Assembly: GCA_051294375.1 (NCBI GenBank)
Contig: CM119265.1
Span: forward strand, 25,218,139 to 25,282,138
Reading direction: 5' to 3'
Source of the DNA: Paraspadella gotoi
Lineage: Eukaryota > Animalia > Chaetognatha
Length of the DNA: 64,000 nucleotides
Shown here: positions 1 to 15,585 of the stretch, one piece after another
Numbering within the stretch: the stretch's first letter is position 1
How the letters are laid out: each line of letters opens with the position of its first letter
The notes under the pieces: model-generated
What the model was told of the DNA's origin: nothing
Seen by the model: only the letters and a program-made list of their open reading frames with translations
Databases searched by the model: none
Program-made: the position numbers and the translations under genes

Positions 1-1440
1 AAATCCCGCCGACCGATCTTTCGCCATTTCTTAGAAATCGGCCGAGTCTTTGCCAATCCCTAGACCCTAGGAATCTTTGACCTTTTCGTCGTCGCTGACC
101 TCCGTTTGACCTTTGACCCCCCCTCCGCCTGCCGTCTGAGCCCGACATTTGGCGATGGATTCGACCCAGAAATAAAAATAGATTCGACGGTGAGAAAAGA
201 TTCGTTTGATCCTTCGTCGTCTGTGCTCGTCTTTATAACGCTTTTCCTTCGTCATCTGTCTCAATGTCCAAACTCCATACCCTTGGGTGAAATATGTAAA
301 ACTCGGATTAAATATGTAAACGGGTTAAAGTTGAATCCTTTGCGAGGCAAATAAAGAATACAAATTGGCAATTTGAATGACAGAAATATATGCAACACTC
401 CTACTAGTTTAATCTATTCTATTGTATGAACTGTTATGTTGATTTGATATATTAAATATTTCACTTACTACTGACATTATAATAATGGAACTGAAGTGAA
501 CGAAAAATCTCGATATCGATTCTCGAGATTTATATTTATATTTCATATATATTGTTTAAGTTGCCTCTGCTTTCAGACTTATTTTACAAATGGCGACGTT
601 CGAGGTTTCAAAAGTTGTTTATTTATCGAAGTTAAAAACAGACGAGGTTGTAAAAGCATTTCCAAATTGTTTGTAAACAATCCAAATAAACAATAAATTT
701 TAGGTTAAAAGGTAAATAAACGTCGTAATCTTTGAGGCAACTGAAGAATTTACAAACTTCCAAATCAAACGTTATCTAAAATAACTCAGATTGCCTCAGC
801 CAACCCTTTTTCCCTCTTTTTCAATTATCCGTCGTCGCGACTCCCGATCGCAAATTAGGGAAACTTGAACAAAGATATTTTCATTCCCAATCGTCGGACG
901 TTGAGCCGTCTTCCCCTACGGCGACGCTCGCCACCGCCGATACATATATTTAATTATATTTATATAATATTTCTTGTGCTGATTAAGTATAGTTTATACA
1001 ATTTGTCTGAATGGATATTCACTTAGTCAAAACGAGCGCGAATGGAAAAAACCTGGTTCGAATAATAATTTGTCCGCTATAAGATAATAAGAATATTTAC
1101 TTTATCAGTTTAGTTTAATTTTATATGAAAGTGAGATACCAAGACACCTTTAACGTGCATATTTATCAATTATCATACTTGTGAAGTCACCTTTAACGTG
1201 GCTTAAATTTGCTGACTGACTGACTGTTAGCGCTACCTTAAGTTTTTAAAAAAAGCGACGGAATTCCGATTCTGTGAAGGTCACGTGATCACCCGGAAAT
1301 GCACGTGAAAAAAAGTCACTGCGGCTCAAAGCATCGGAGTTACCGTTCTTGTTCATATTGAAATTTATTTATATTTTTATTTTAGAAAAGATACAATATG
1401 ACTAGGTCTTACCATGTCCTGATAGTATCTATCTTCTTAA

Positions 1441-1495
<55 letters not shown>

Positions 1496-1706
1496 ATCCC
1501 TCCTTCAATGAGACGACTTTTCCTCGAAAATCACAAAGGAAGGTCTATTCATATTAATATTCATATTCATATTCAAGAAGGCTTTTCATCTGAATTCACA
1601 GATGATCTCGACTTTTAATTCATCCTCTTCATTTCGATTCCGAGTCACTCCGTCCCCACGGAATTGCAAATTTTGGTTGAGAGGAGGCGAAATTCAGAAA
1701 GAGAGG

Positions 1707-1755
<49 letters not shown>

Positions 1756-2535
1756 GAGTGAAACATTGAACCGAAAAAAAATAATGAAAGAAAGAAAAAC
1801 AGAGAGAAAGAAGGAAAGAGAGAGAAAAAAAAATATATGATTGAAAAAATAGAAAAAAGAAAAAAGGAAAAAGAAAGAACTAATGCGGGCGTCGACGGAG
1901 ACTTAAAAAAAGGGTCATTTTTGATCCCTCGTCATTTTCGTCCTTTTCATCTCTCTTTACTTTAATCTTCTCTTCTGTCTATCTTTCTCACTTCTCTTCG
2001 CCACACTTCTCACTTTCACACTTCTGTCCTTCACTCTTCTCTCTGCCACACTTCTCACTTTCACACTTTCTCATTTCCTCCTCATCTCTTCTTTATGTAC
2101 ATATTTTAACTTTTTACTTTTCTCATTCCTTTCCTTTCTCTGTCCTCCTCTCTCCTTCTTTTCTTTCCTTTCTCTGTCCTCATCTCTCCTTCTTTTCTTT
2201 CCTTTCTCTGTCCCTTTTTTCTTTCCTTTCTCTGTCCTCCCCCTTTTCTTTCTTTTCCTTTTTTCTCCTCTCTTCTTCTCTTTTTCATTTCTCTTCTCAG
2301 ACGAACTGATCTATTTCCGTCTGTCCATTCAAACTCGCGCGCTTCGCCTCTCTCCTCCCAACGCGGACCGAATCGTCTTCTCTCTCTGTCTCTCTCTTCC
2401 CTCTTTCACTATCTCTCCTCGTCTCTGGCGTCTCTCTCTCTCTTTGTCTTTCTTTCTTTCTTTCCTTATTTCTTTCTTTCTATCTTTCTTCTTCCCTCTC
2501 TCTCTTTCTTTCCCTTTTTTTCTCCCTCTCACCCT

Positions 2536-2634
<99 letters not shown>

Positions 2635-5600
2635 TCCTCTTTGACATTCAGTCCTGCAGTCGTCGTCGTCTTCATCGTCGTTCTCATCGTCGCCGTCGAC
2701 GTCTCCTCATCGCATTTCGCCAACCTGAATTTATCCCTTGGTCAACTTCTAATTCATATTGGTTTTATCATCGTCATCGTCGTCATCGTCGTCGTTTTTG
2801 TCGTCATCGTTGCAATTCACTAACCTCATTCCATTTCCCATTCTTATTGGCTTGCTAAATGGCAATTAAACATCATCTCTATATACAATTTAGTATATAA
2901 ACGCAATATTTATTACATCATTAGACCTTAATGTATTTTTTTTACATTATTTTTTTTGTCTCTGTCCGCGTCGTCATCTTTGTCGTCCTTATCGTCATCG
3001 TCGTCGTCTTTATCGTCGTCGTCGTCGTCGTCATCTTTGTCGTCCTCATCGTCGTCGCCGTCGTCGCCTCGTTCACCGTCCCCTGCCCATTGATGTGACG
3101 AGTCCTCAAGCTGACCCTAATCGACTTTTTTTTCTCATCTGTCCATCTAACTGTCCGTCGGACATGACGCAGCGGCAGACGTCCGTCTGTACATACCTCC
3201 ATCCATCTCTCCAAACCTCCGTCCATACATCCATCCATTTTTTTATATTGATCTTTATTCATCATGCTTTTGACTATTAAGTATTCATCCATCCATCCAT
3301 CCATTCATCCATCTTTTTATTAATCTTTATTAATAAAATTATTAATAATATTATTAATAATAATTATGTGTATTAATCTATCCATCCATCCATCCATCCA
3401 TCCGCCCGTCCNNNNNNNNNNATCATCCTTCCCTGTTGTCCGATAATCCATCCATCAATCCATCTTCCTTCCCTGTTATCCGATAATCCATCCATCCATC
3501 CATCCATCTTCCTTCCCTGTTGTCCGATAATCCATCCATCCATCCGTCCATTCGTCCTTTCCCCTGATTCGCAAACTCGTTTCGCGTTTTCCATTTACAA
3601 TTTCCTCATTTCCATTCGATGTGTCCCCTTCCTTTTTTTTTATTCCCTTATTTCCATAAGGAATTTGCTTTTTCCTTTTTTTCCCCCCCTTTTTTTAATT
3701 CTCACCTTTCTTTTCTTCCTTTTACCCTTTTGTCGTCGTCGAAGGTAATTTTACAATGCAACGGTTTTTTTTCTTTGGAAATTTGCACGGGTTTAAACAT
3801 TTAAAAACGGTGAGAAATTTCACATGCTATAAATTAAATGAAATTATTTGAATTCCTTTTACTTTCGTTGCGTTTGAATTTATACTAACGAAGGTTTAAA
3901 AATTAATTGTGCAGTTTATTTTGCAGTGATGAAGACTCGACTCCTATTTTGTAACTATTATTATTATTATTATTATTATTGTAACTAAATTCCGTCGCGG
4001 AATAAAAAAAATTAAATCTTTCTCTCTTCCAGCAACGAGTCAGGTCGTTTTTATAATGGTTGTTGTTATCCCTATATCAATCTCACTACAAATGTTATTA
4101 TTTGTTGTCTGTAATTGTTATTTTTTATTTCTTTTTATTATCGCTCTTTTCCCGACAGTCACCGTTAATAGCACTTGTTTTTGAGTCGCCAATAGTGAAT
4201 GTCCACACAGCCTACAGTTTTTTAAACTCGGACCCCACCTCATAGACTTTCCTCTATCGGCTCCTTATTTTCCTCCCCTTAATATGAAAAAAATAAGGAT
4301 ATTAATTAATTGGATAAAAAATTTAAAAAAATTAAAGGAAAACGGAATTAAAAAAAATGGAAGACTTAATCTTTTCTGTCCAGTGCATTAAAAAAACATC
4401 ATCCTTTTTAACCTAGCTTATCCTTATCTAGTACACTCAAAATATAGTACTTTTATTAATTAATCTGGATTTTCAGAACAAAATTAAAAGTACAAAGTGT
4501 TACGAGTGGGATTTCGAGAAGAAGCAAATGAAAGATGACGAAAAACTAAATCCACACCTTACGACAGGGTAAACCAAAAAAAGAGGACTCGCGGCGCCAC
4601 TTAAAACCACCTTTAACCCCCTTCAAACCCCTTTTACCTCAACCACCTTTAACCCCCCTCCAACCCTTTTTACCCCAACCACCTCCACTCGAAAGCTTTC
4701 CTCTCTAGAATTAACGTTCGGCTCAACACTAAATTCTAATTTTCAAGGTTCGGCCACAGCGAACCCGGAATTACGTTACCGCCGTCGTCGTCGTCGTCNN
4801 NNNNNNNNTCGTCGTCGTCGTCGCTTTCATTGTCGTACTCATCGTCGTCGTCTTCGTCAATGTCGTCGTTTGAGTTGTCGTCGTTGTCGCTCGACGGCAG
4901 CGGCCTCTATGTCATTTTCGCCGTCATCGTCATCGTCATCGTCATCGTAATCGTCGTCGTCATTCCCGTCATCGTAATCACTGTCATCACTTGGTACTGA
5001 CAGATTCGGTGCTGTCGTCTTAATTGTCATTGTCAGTTTCCGTCATTGATTTAAATTGACTGTGATTGCGATTCTTGTCATCGTCAATAGTTTGTTTATC
5101 ATTTAAATAATTAGTCAAATAATAAAAAACAATACAATAAAAAAAAANNNNNNNNNNAAAAAAAAAGAACAACGATTGTTTTTTTGCGACGTGACTGTCG
5201 CCTGGTTAGAAAAGGTCTCGCCCGACGTCTCCGCCTGATTAACGATTATGGGCGAACGGTTGAGGACATTAACGTTTTTAGGGACGGAAAGTAGAAGATG
5301 TTTTCTGTTTAATCATATTATACTATTATCATTAATATATTGCTAAACAGTATTTACAAGAGCGTTGTTACTTTACTTTACTTTACTTACTTTGCTTTAC
5401 GTAAGTTTCAACAAAATGGGGCCATATTACTTCAGCTTAAGTTGCTAATCAACCGAAAGTATTTAAAAAAATCTTGTTAATCTGTTCATGAGTGTAAGGA
5501 CGTGATGAGCTTTGAATTTGGGAGAGAGGTCTTTACTCTTAAGATCAGTCACATCTTTAACCCACTCTAATACTACAACTTAGGGTCATGACTGAGGGAA

Positions 5601-5833
5601 CATAGTCTGAAGTAACATAGTCTAGTCTACATTGCATAGCCGGCGACACCTTACGCGAATTTCGTATGGCGAAAATTGACCGAAACCTCTGCATCTCAAA
5701 AAATGATTCGATGCTACAGCTTTTGAGCGATGCAGTCAAATATAATAACGTCGCTCGGGAGCCAGCGCTGCTTGGGTGAAAAACTGATTGCAAAGCCAGC
5801 GAGAGAGAGAGAGAGAGCAGAGAGAGAGAGAGA

Positions 5834-5898
<65 letters not shown>

Positions 5899-5982
5899 CT
5901 TAAGAAGGTTGTCCTGGGATTAAAGCGAAGCGCGTGGGCTCCTGAACGAAGGAGGGAGAAGGGAAAGGTTTTTTCTCCCAGT

Positions 5983-6028
<46 letters not shown>

Positions 6029-6032
6029 AGAT

Positions 6033-6075
<43 letters not shown>

Positions 6076-7069
6076 AGATAGCATTTAGGTGATGAGGAAA
6101 GATGCAAAAAGGTAAGGAAAACTGGATAAGGTGCAAAGAGGGAAAAAAGTGAGGGAAAATTTCTCTTTTTAAATTTGAACAGATTAGCGAGATGAAATTA
6201 CTAATAAATTGGGATTGTATTATTTGAAAGACGTCTAACGCTAAAAGGAATTAGATCAAACTGAACAAATTTGGCGAAAAGTTTCGTGAAAAGCGTGAAA
6301 GTGGGAAGGTGTCACGTTTCACGTCGTCAGCGCCAGGAGTCACAAATCACGCAGATTGTTCGACGGAAATTTCGTGAAAAAAAAGGGAAATGAGAATTTA
6401 TTCGGCGAGCAGAGAATAGGGATGACAACGACGACGAGGCAGAGAAAAAGGATGACTTTGATGACAAAAAAGACAAATCGAATAGGACAACTTCAAAAAG
6501 ATGGGCCTTTTTTTCCCAGAACGCCCAATTTTATCCTTAATTTGGAATTAGGTTCTTTTTTTATTCAATTGAAGATTAGGTTTTAAGTAAGGGTTAAGTT
6601 AAAAAAAATTGAACTAAGCTGCTTAAAAAATTTAAAAAAAATTATTTAAAATAAACTCAACATTACCCGACAACCGACAACCGACAATCACCCTGCAATA
6701 GAATTCAATCACACGCCCCCCTTTCCTCCCCCCTCTCTCTCCCCACCATCGCCTTTTGTTCTCCGTCCAATAATCCTTTTGTTCTCGCGAATCTACCTCG
6801 CGATTCATCTCTAGTCGTTGTTGTTGTTGTCGTCGTCGTCGTCGTTGTCGCTTTCATTTTCTTCCTGACAATCATGAGAATTTCCACCGTCATGCATTTC
6901 ATAATCTTTCTATGTTTCCTTTCTTTGTTTTTCATTCTTTTCGTTTTTATTTTTTAATTTTTTTTTTCTTTCAATTATTTTTCTTTCTTTGCTTTTCTTG
7001 GTATTTCTTTTATTTTCGATTTTTCCTTCAGCTTTTTTATCCTTTTTTTCTATTTTTTTTTGCACTTAG

Positions 7070-7109
<40 letters not shown>

Positions 7110-7260
7110 TCTCCCTCTTCTTCTTCTCTCCTAGTCTCTATCTCCACATTTCTCTCCCATTTTCACATTTTAACTTTATGATCGGTGTCAAACTTGATCT
7201 TCTTTCATTCCATTCTCTTTATTATCTAGCGGGGAAAAGAGGTAAGCAGACTGAGGTTAT

Positions 7261-7440
7261 ATGAAATTGGTACAACCAATATAAAAATCATCCATTCATT
7301 TAATAAATAAGCTATCTTGCCCCTGACTTTGGACAGGCTTTGGTGGTTTAAGGCCTTCATCACTCTTAAAAGATAATGACATAGCAGGTCCCTGCAAGCT
7401 TTCAATCAAGACTCTCTCGTTTATTCACTCCCAGAGTAAT
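7261..7440. mobile_element. Repeat family B copy (reverse orientation)
   Basis: Reverse complement of 15070-15256. Confidence 0.7.
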
Positions 7441-8062
7441 TTTAAAAGGAAAGTAGGTATAGCAAAGGGAAAAAGGGCACATAAAAGGGGCAGAAGGGAA
7501 GATTAAATGTTCGTGAGTACGAGGCTCCGTCGGTAAGCGCTGTAAGTTGTAATGCAGATCTCCAAGACCCGATTCGGGGATTAGATCGAAGGAGAGAAGA
7601 CCCGGGGCAGATAAAGCTCCTGGCGTTAGGTGGAGCCTCTGGAGCCTCTCTCCTGATTTCGAAAAAATAAATGATCACGTAAATAACCTGGTTCTTCATC
7701 CTTATTTTATCAGTGAGAGAGTCACGGACGGTCGGTTCGTCCGTTTGTCCGTCTGTCTGTCGGAAGGGCCGTCCCGCTTACGTTTCAAATCCTTATACTT
7801 AAATAAGGTAATACTGCATTATTCTAGTTCATATGTACTTGGTAGTAAGGTGATGTACTTTGATTATGACTTTAATTATCTAATTTGTTCATCTATTATT
7901 ATTTAATACAGGTTTTTATTATTCTATATTTATATTTTTCTGATTATTATGAGTTCATGAGTTCTTTTTATTTTCAATCGAATCTTGAGACTCGAAGCAG
8001 AAAATCGAGAAAAATCCCATGGGATTAAGTAATCGAATTAGGCTTTTGGCCACCGAATTTTG

Positions 8063-8119
<57 letters not shown>

Positions 8120-8445
8120 AAGGAGAGGGAGAAAAGGTTTGGAATCAAAACTAATGATCAAAACCATTGGAATGGTAAGTCTGGCGATTAACCTTTCGAT
8201 CAAGGATTTAGTCATTTTCAATTATGAGACAGAAAAGGGAAAATTAAGAATAGTAATAGATAATAAAAAATGAAATATAAAAAAACAAAATAAAACTACT
8301 ATGTAATATGACTTCATACATAGATTAATATATATGAATAGATATTTATATGCATGATAATTCATAAATTTTATGTATGCCAAAAATGGGTAACGTCTTT
8401 TTCAGATTGCGGCTTCTGCGTTGACACGTGAGATGGCGTCTGAAG

Positions 8446-8602
8446 AAAATAAAGAGAGAGAGAGATGGAGAGAGAAATAAAGAGAGAGAGAGATGGCGAG
8501 AGAAATAAAGAGACAGAGAGATGGAAAGAGAAATAAAGAGACAGAGAGATGGAGAGAAAAATAAAGAGACAGAGAGATGAAGAGAGAAATAAAGAGAGAG
8601 AC
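8446..8602. repeat. ~26-bp tandem repeat (gagagaaataaagagacagagagatg)
   Basis: About 6 copies. Confidence 0.85.
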
Positions 8603-8749
8603 ACAAAGAAAGAAAGAGAAAAACAAAGACAGAAAGCGAGTGTAATATCTTGAATCTATCCTCGGCAGTCGGTACTATCCGTGGTACTATTTTCAGTATT
8701 ATCTAATAAAATCCTAACAACTATCCTGGATACTCTTTGCTCTTTGTAC

Positions 8750-8917
8750 TGTGGCTTACGGCCGTCCTCACGCTTCCCGCAGGGTAGGTACCGGGTTCAA
8801 TTCCAACCCGATACCTAGTGGTCATGAGCAGATGGCTTTACTCAATGAGCCATCGGGTCACGACTGAAGGTGTCATGCTTTTAGGCGGGGTGAACTTATG
8901 CTATGCCCGACTACAGT
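8750..8917 (+). mobile_element. Repeat family A, 5'-truncated copy
   Basis: Matches 56180-56335. Confidence 0.7.
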
Positions 8918-9961
8918 ACTATCCTGGGTACAATCCTGTCGTTTCCATATCACTATGAACATTAGCCAGTACTATTCTCTGTACTAGATTTTATTAACCA
9001 CCCGATATCATCATTCAAACTGATTTAAAATGATTAAAAATGAGATATAAAATGTGAAGCAGTCCGACTGACTGACCAACTAAACGGACTGATGGCATCA
9101 TCGAAAAGTTAATTATAGAGTCGCTCCGCGAGTACTCGCGGCTCACCGCGAAATAAAAACAAACCGATAAATGATGAAAGTAAAAAAATAATTAGTTATA
9201 AAATTAATAAATTAATGAAACTGTGATTAAACGACCATGGCAACGACGATGAACGAAGACGACGATGACAACGACTTCAACGACTTCAACGACGACGACG
9301 ACGACGATGACAACGACGATGACGACTTGAACGACGACAAGGACGATCGACACCAGTAACCGATTTCCAGAAATAAATCGCTTTCGTGGAAACGACGCCG
9401 ACTTTAAAGTTTGAACGATGATCGCCTTCAACGACGATAGCGCCGTTTACGAACCGACGGCGCCGTCTGAAAGATGACGCCGATGGTGGCGCCGCTGAAA
9501 AACGCCGGACCGCCCCGAAATACGACTCGCCACGCCCCGGCGTCCCCGGCATCCTCGGAACGGCGTCGTCTTGAGTTACGAGGGCGTTATCGGTCGAAGC
9601 GAAGAACTTGCGTCTCGAACGCCGCCGCACGCCGCCGCCGCACGCCGCCGCCGTACGCCGCTGCCGCACGCCGCCGCTGTTGCGTCGGGGTCAGGGATTT
9701 AACGGGCGAAAAAGAAGGAAGACCGAAGGTAAGTTACGAGGCGGAACGCGGGAGGAAGACGGGAGGGTAAGGAAGACCCCGTGTTATGACCTTAGGAATA
9801 ACGAGGGCCTTTAAACGGGCCGAGAGGTAAGTTCGCCGATTTAGAAATTGTGGAGCAAGAGGGTAAGGGTTTGGTTAGGAGAATTTAACCAAAAAATATA
9901 CAAACGAAGTATACATACACATTTTGAGACTTTTAATTCGTTTCCAGGTAAGTCTGGTGCT

Positions 9962-10428
<467 letters not shown>

Positions 10429-10687
10429 GACAAACAAAACGGCTCCCTCTGCCGCCATAACTCTTTTTTGGCGTCGTAGCGTCGAACGGAAAAATAGGTC
10501 TCCTAGGCACTTAGGCTGAGACGAACTATCCCCCACACCGAACTCCCTCAACATCCCTTAAAGGACCCCCACAACACCCCTTAAAGAACCCATCGGGCCC
10601 CATCCCCCCCCTTCAGCGCCCAATGAGGCGTCGCACACCACTAATGAAAGGAGTCGCGGCGTTTGCGCTTTCTTCTCGTCGTGACTC

Positions 10688-10932
10688 GTGCATTTCCATC
10701 CCGGACCGGAGCGAGCATTTACTTTGTGGCGTGGCATGTACGTTTTGATCGCGGCCCGGAGCTAACATTAACTTTGTGGCGTTTAATTTGCATTTCCATC
10801 CCGGAGCGGAGCGAGCATTCTCTTTGTGGCGTCGAATGGCATTTCTATTGCGTCCAGGAGCAAGCATTTAATTCGTCACGCGGAACCTGCATTTCAATCG
10901 AGTCCCGGAGCGAGCGTTTTGTTTGTAGCGGG
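10688..10932. repeat. ~49-bp degenerate tandem repeat x5
   Basis: tgcatttc...cggagcgagcatt...tttgtggcgt recurs. Confidence 0.8.
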
Positions 10933-12181
10933 CAAGGTACATTTTTTTATTTTAGCTGGTTCAATTAATTTATTGTGGTTCGGCCATGCGCCATATTTCC
11001 TGGCGCGCGAATTTCCATTTCCATTTCCATTTCCATTTTCTCTTTGTCTTGCACGCAAGCTTGCAACGTGCATTTTTATCACGTTACAGTCAAATCTATT
11101 TCTTGGAAATATAACAAATATTACATATTAATAAATATTTACTATAAAAATGTTAGGTTAATAAATAATATTAGATATTAAACGTTCTTCTAGACTTTTA
11201 TGCGACCATGCGCTAAAAACCGAGACGGTTTTCCTCCACAAAAGAAAAAAAAAGGAAGTTACAGCTCAACCGACATTTGAGCAGAGAAATCGCATCCGCC
11301 AATGAAATCTTCCTCGATTCTTATTCAAGAAGAGTTTTTAGGTTTTCCCGCCAAACTTCGCCCCAAAGGCCGATTCCGTCCATGACCAGAGGGAACGGGT
11401 GGGGGGAAGGAAAGATTGGGGAGGAGAGAGGGAGGAAGGGAGAAAGGGGGAGGAAGGGGAAGAAGGAAAAGGAAGAGGGGAGGGGAGAGAGATGATGGGA
11501 GGCGAGGGAGAAAGGGGAGAAACAGCGTAGCGAGGGAGGAAGGAGAAATAGAGAAGAAGAGATGGAGGAAGGGAGGAAAGGCGAGGAAAGAGGAGGAAAG
11601 GGGAGGAAAGAGGACGAAAGGTAGGAAAGGGTTGAAAAAGAAAAAAAAAAGGTGGATAGGGGAAAATCAAAGATGGAAAGTAAGGATAATAAAGGAGGAA
11701 GAGAGAATGAAAAGAAAGAAAAAAGAAGGTAGGATTGACGAGGTTGAGAAAGAGGGAGATAGAAAAAAGTAATGAGAGTCATAGACACGCTGAAGCAGGA
11801 CGTGCTGGAGCACGATGTAGTGGGACGAGACACGATGAAGTAGGACTTGATGTAGAGAGACAAGGTGTAGCGAGATATAGCAATGTGAAACTTGGTGAAG
11901 CGGCAAAGTGGGTGGGGGGGATGAGAAAAAAAAAAGATTCACGGATTTTTGTTTATTCACTGGATTTCGCTGTCGACATTTCTTCCGTCGGCGGCGGAGG
12001 CGTCGGCGGCGGCGGCGGCGCGGGGGCGGCGGCGGCGGCGGCGGCGGCTAAAGCTTTCGCCTCTTTTAGTTTTTCTCTCACGCGTTGGGCAGAAGATGAA
12101 CGGCGATAAAGGCGAAGCTCAATTCCCCCGCGAAGTGAAAGAGAGTTCTTTCCATTTTTTCTTCTTACTCACTTTCCAGAA

Positions 12182-12250
<69 letters not shown>

Positions 12251-12290
12251 TATTTTTGTTTCTTTCTTTATTTCTTTCTTTATTTTTGTT

Positions 12291-12370
<80 letters not shown>

Positions 12371-13283
12371 TACATTTTTACATTTTTGACGCAGGTAAAA
12401 CATACGAAGTTGTTTCACTATTAATAGCGTCTTATTTTTTTGCTTCGTTGCTTATCACCTTTGGCAGGATAATTTTCTCTCCTACGCCACCTACAAGGAA
12501 TCTCGGTCCGGAGAAATTCATTATTGATATTATTTTTATTATATGCTCACTGAGCTCAGGGTTTTTTATTCTCATTCCACGTTTTGCCTTCGCTTTTCCT
12601 TCTCCCTTTTTTTTTGTTTATTTTATTTTTCTTTTCTTTATTTCCAAGCTGTTTCACTTTTTTTCTTTTATCCCTCTTTTCCTCTTTCCAAGCTTTCTTA
12701 CGTTCCTTTTTTCCTTTATTCCCACCGCACAAGTTTTCCTTCATGTTACCTCACATTTTCACTTTCCTATCATTTTCCCCCTTTCAAGTTTTTCTTACTT
12801 TTTTCACTTTATGAGCTTTACTTTCTTCCCCCCTTCTCAAGTTTTAATTTCTTTCTCCCTTCCTTCTTCTCTTCTTTTCCTTTCTTTTCCCCCTTCCTTC
12901 TTCCCTTCTTTTCCTTTTTTTTTCCCTTTCCTTCTTTTCTTTTTTTCCTTTCTTTTCCCCTTTCATTTTTCTCTTCTTTTCCTTTTTTTTCCCTTTCCTT
13001 CTTCTCTTCTTTTCCTTTCTTTTCCCCTTTCATTTTTCTCTTCTTTTCCTTTCTTTTTCCCTTTCCTTCTTCTTTTCTTTTCCTTTCTTTTCCCCCTTCC
13101 TTCCTTCCTTCTTTTCTATTCTTTTCCCCTTTCCTTCTTCTCTTCTTTTCTTTTCTTTTCTCCTTTCTTTTTCCCTTGATTGCCGTCGATAATTCTGTCT
13201 GTCGACGAGAGTAAATTATCCCCGATTCTCCGTCGGACGATTTCGACCAAGATTTTAGCGCCGGGCTGGGGGTCAGTAAACCT

Positions 13284-13347
<64 letters not shown>

Positions 13348-14277
13348 CACGCCAGTTCAAGAGCGTTTTACATCTTGCAGAAATTGCATAGAATAAGGAT
13401 TGTAATTAGTTAAAACTGCAAAGTTTTACTGATAATAGTTAAATTTGAAACGGATTTTCCCGCTTAAATTTACGTCTCATTGCTTATCGTAGCCTGCCCG
13501 ATATTTTGTTGCAAGACTGCGATTTAAAAGCCATAAAATAATCGACCGAGAAACATCCTGGATTTTTTTTTTTCGTCCTTGATTATTTTGTCTGATGCGC
13601 ATCAACACCTTGGATGCTATTCTATGTACGAAAAAAATTATGCCGCTCTGATTAGAGTATTTATCTTGCATTATTTTCACTATTTTTACCATTAATGGTA
13701 ATATTAATGGTAGTATTAGTTTCCTTTAAATGCTTATATTAATAAAATAACGGATTACGCATTGAAAAGTAAAAGTTTCGTCGGCGAAATTTAAGAAAAT
13801 AAATTTTGGTTTAGGGTGATAGTGTACTTAACTCTACTTAACTCTACTTAACTTAACTTAACTCTAGGAGAGAAAGAATCCAGTGGCCTCCTGAAGAACC
13901 TGGTTTTCGCCTGTTGACGCCTGATTCGATTCTATGTAACCTAATTATTAATCGATGATTAGTTAAATCACGCTTGTTTGTTTTTATCTTTTTTTAAAAT
14001 TTCAGTAAGTTCAGCCACAACTGTTCCGACTGTTTTCCCTGTCAACTTTCTTCAACTGTGTTTATAAAATCGTTTCTTATTTACAGTCGCTACCGAAACT
14101 ATGTAGGCCGAACGAATTTCGTAAGAGGCGAAAAGCTTCCGCAATAAGTTAAAAAACGGGACGTAGACCGTCTAAATACAAATGTCAGTAAAATATATTT
14201 ATATGTAACGAACTGGACTTAATTTATTCGATTAATATCCTTACGATATTTTACTTTTTTAAGTAAAAATAAAAGAA

Positions 14278-15512
14278 ATGTGCGAAACAAAAGTGCATAC
14301 GAATTGGGCTGAGGATGAAGATTGCAACTGCATGATAGCGCCTTGTTGCTGTGAACCGGAATATTATCAACAAATGAACTTCGAGAATCTCGAATGCGCT
14401 GATTGCATTTCCAAGGAAGTTTACGTCAGATTTCTGCAGAGTCTCTACTTAATTTACAGTGAGTCAAATTTTCTTATAAAATGTAGTACGTTTTTATGAT
14501 TTCGAAGGGTTTATTTTTAAAACATTGAATTAAAACTTCGCAGTTTAAATAATTACTAAATCAAAATATTACTTATTGATTAAACCCTCTATTCCTGGAC
14601 GCCTGACCCGACCCCCGTCCATATCAGACGCCCTGGAGGATGAACTTACCCGCAACGCCCAGTCGCTCTCCTTTCGAAACGTCATCCTCCCGACGAAACT
14701 CTTTAGGTGAGGAAGAATTGGTAAGTTTAATTACGAAATAGAAGCTGATTGGCTCGCTGGCCCTCTGGATAAGAGAAGGAGAACTTTAAAGAAGAACACG
14801 ACGATGATGAAGACAAAATGATGACAATGACAAAGAAAACGATGACGATGATGACGATAAAGAATGACGACGATTACAAAGAAGTTGATGACAAGAAAGA
14901 AAACGTTGAGCATAAAGATGATGAGGCGAGTCAGGGACAAGTTGAAGATAGCTTGTTTATTTAATGAATCGAAAATTTTTATATCATTTTTACCAATTTC
15001 TTAATATTCCGCTTTTAGTATTCCCCTTTCTTTTCGTACAAGTGAAGCATTCATTGATAGGAAAGCCAGGTACTCTTGGTGTCAATAAACGAGACTGTGA
15101 GAGAGTCTTGATTGAAAGCTTGCAGGGACCTGCTATTTCATTATCTTGAAAGAGTGATGGAGGCCTTAAACTTGCAAAGCCTGTCCAAAGTCAGGGTCAA
15201 GATAGCTTATTTATTAAATGAAAGGATAATTTTTATATTGATTTTACCAATTTCATGAAAGAAGATGACAAAATGACGACAATGACGAAGACGACGACAA
15301 GGACGTTATCAAATACGCTTACAACGACGACGATGATGAGGACGACAAAAACGAAGTTTCCCACTTCCCCTCTTTCTCTCCTCCCGCCTCTATTAAGACG
15401 AAACGCCCTCAGTAAAGATCTCAAAGCTTTTCTCGGCCCAGATTGGAAACAGGAAGTGAAATCAACTCGAGCGACTGATGCTTATGTGAAGAGGATAAGG
15501 GAGGTAGAGGGG

Positions 15513-15585
<73 letters not shown>

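Noticed and set aside
1-148. Minus-strand frame MSGSDGRRRGGQR... running off the window edge
   Set aside because: Too short and no recognisable motif; cannot be supported from this window.
10688-10932. Possible CRISPR-like array (also 19347-19498 and 55596-55940)
   Set aside because: Tandem units without unique spacers, no cas genes, eukaryotic context.
12256-13214. 307-aa and 223-aa Phe/Leu/Ser-rich 'membrane' ORFs
   Set aside because: Polypyrimidine low-complexity sequence; the hydrophobicity is compositional.
15150-15210. Hammerhead- or SECIS-like look of family B (gtgatggaggcc...gcctg)
   Set aside because: Lacks the CUGANGA/GAAA core and a proper SECIS stem with GA quartet.
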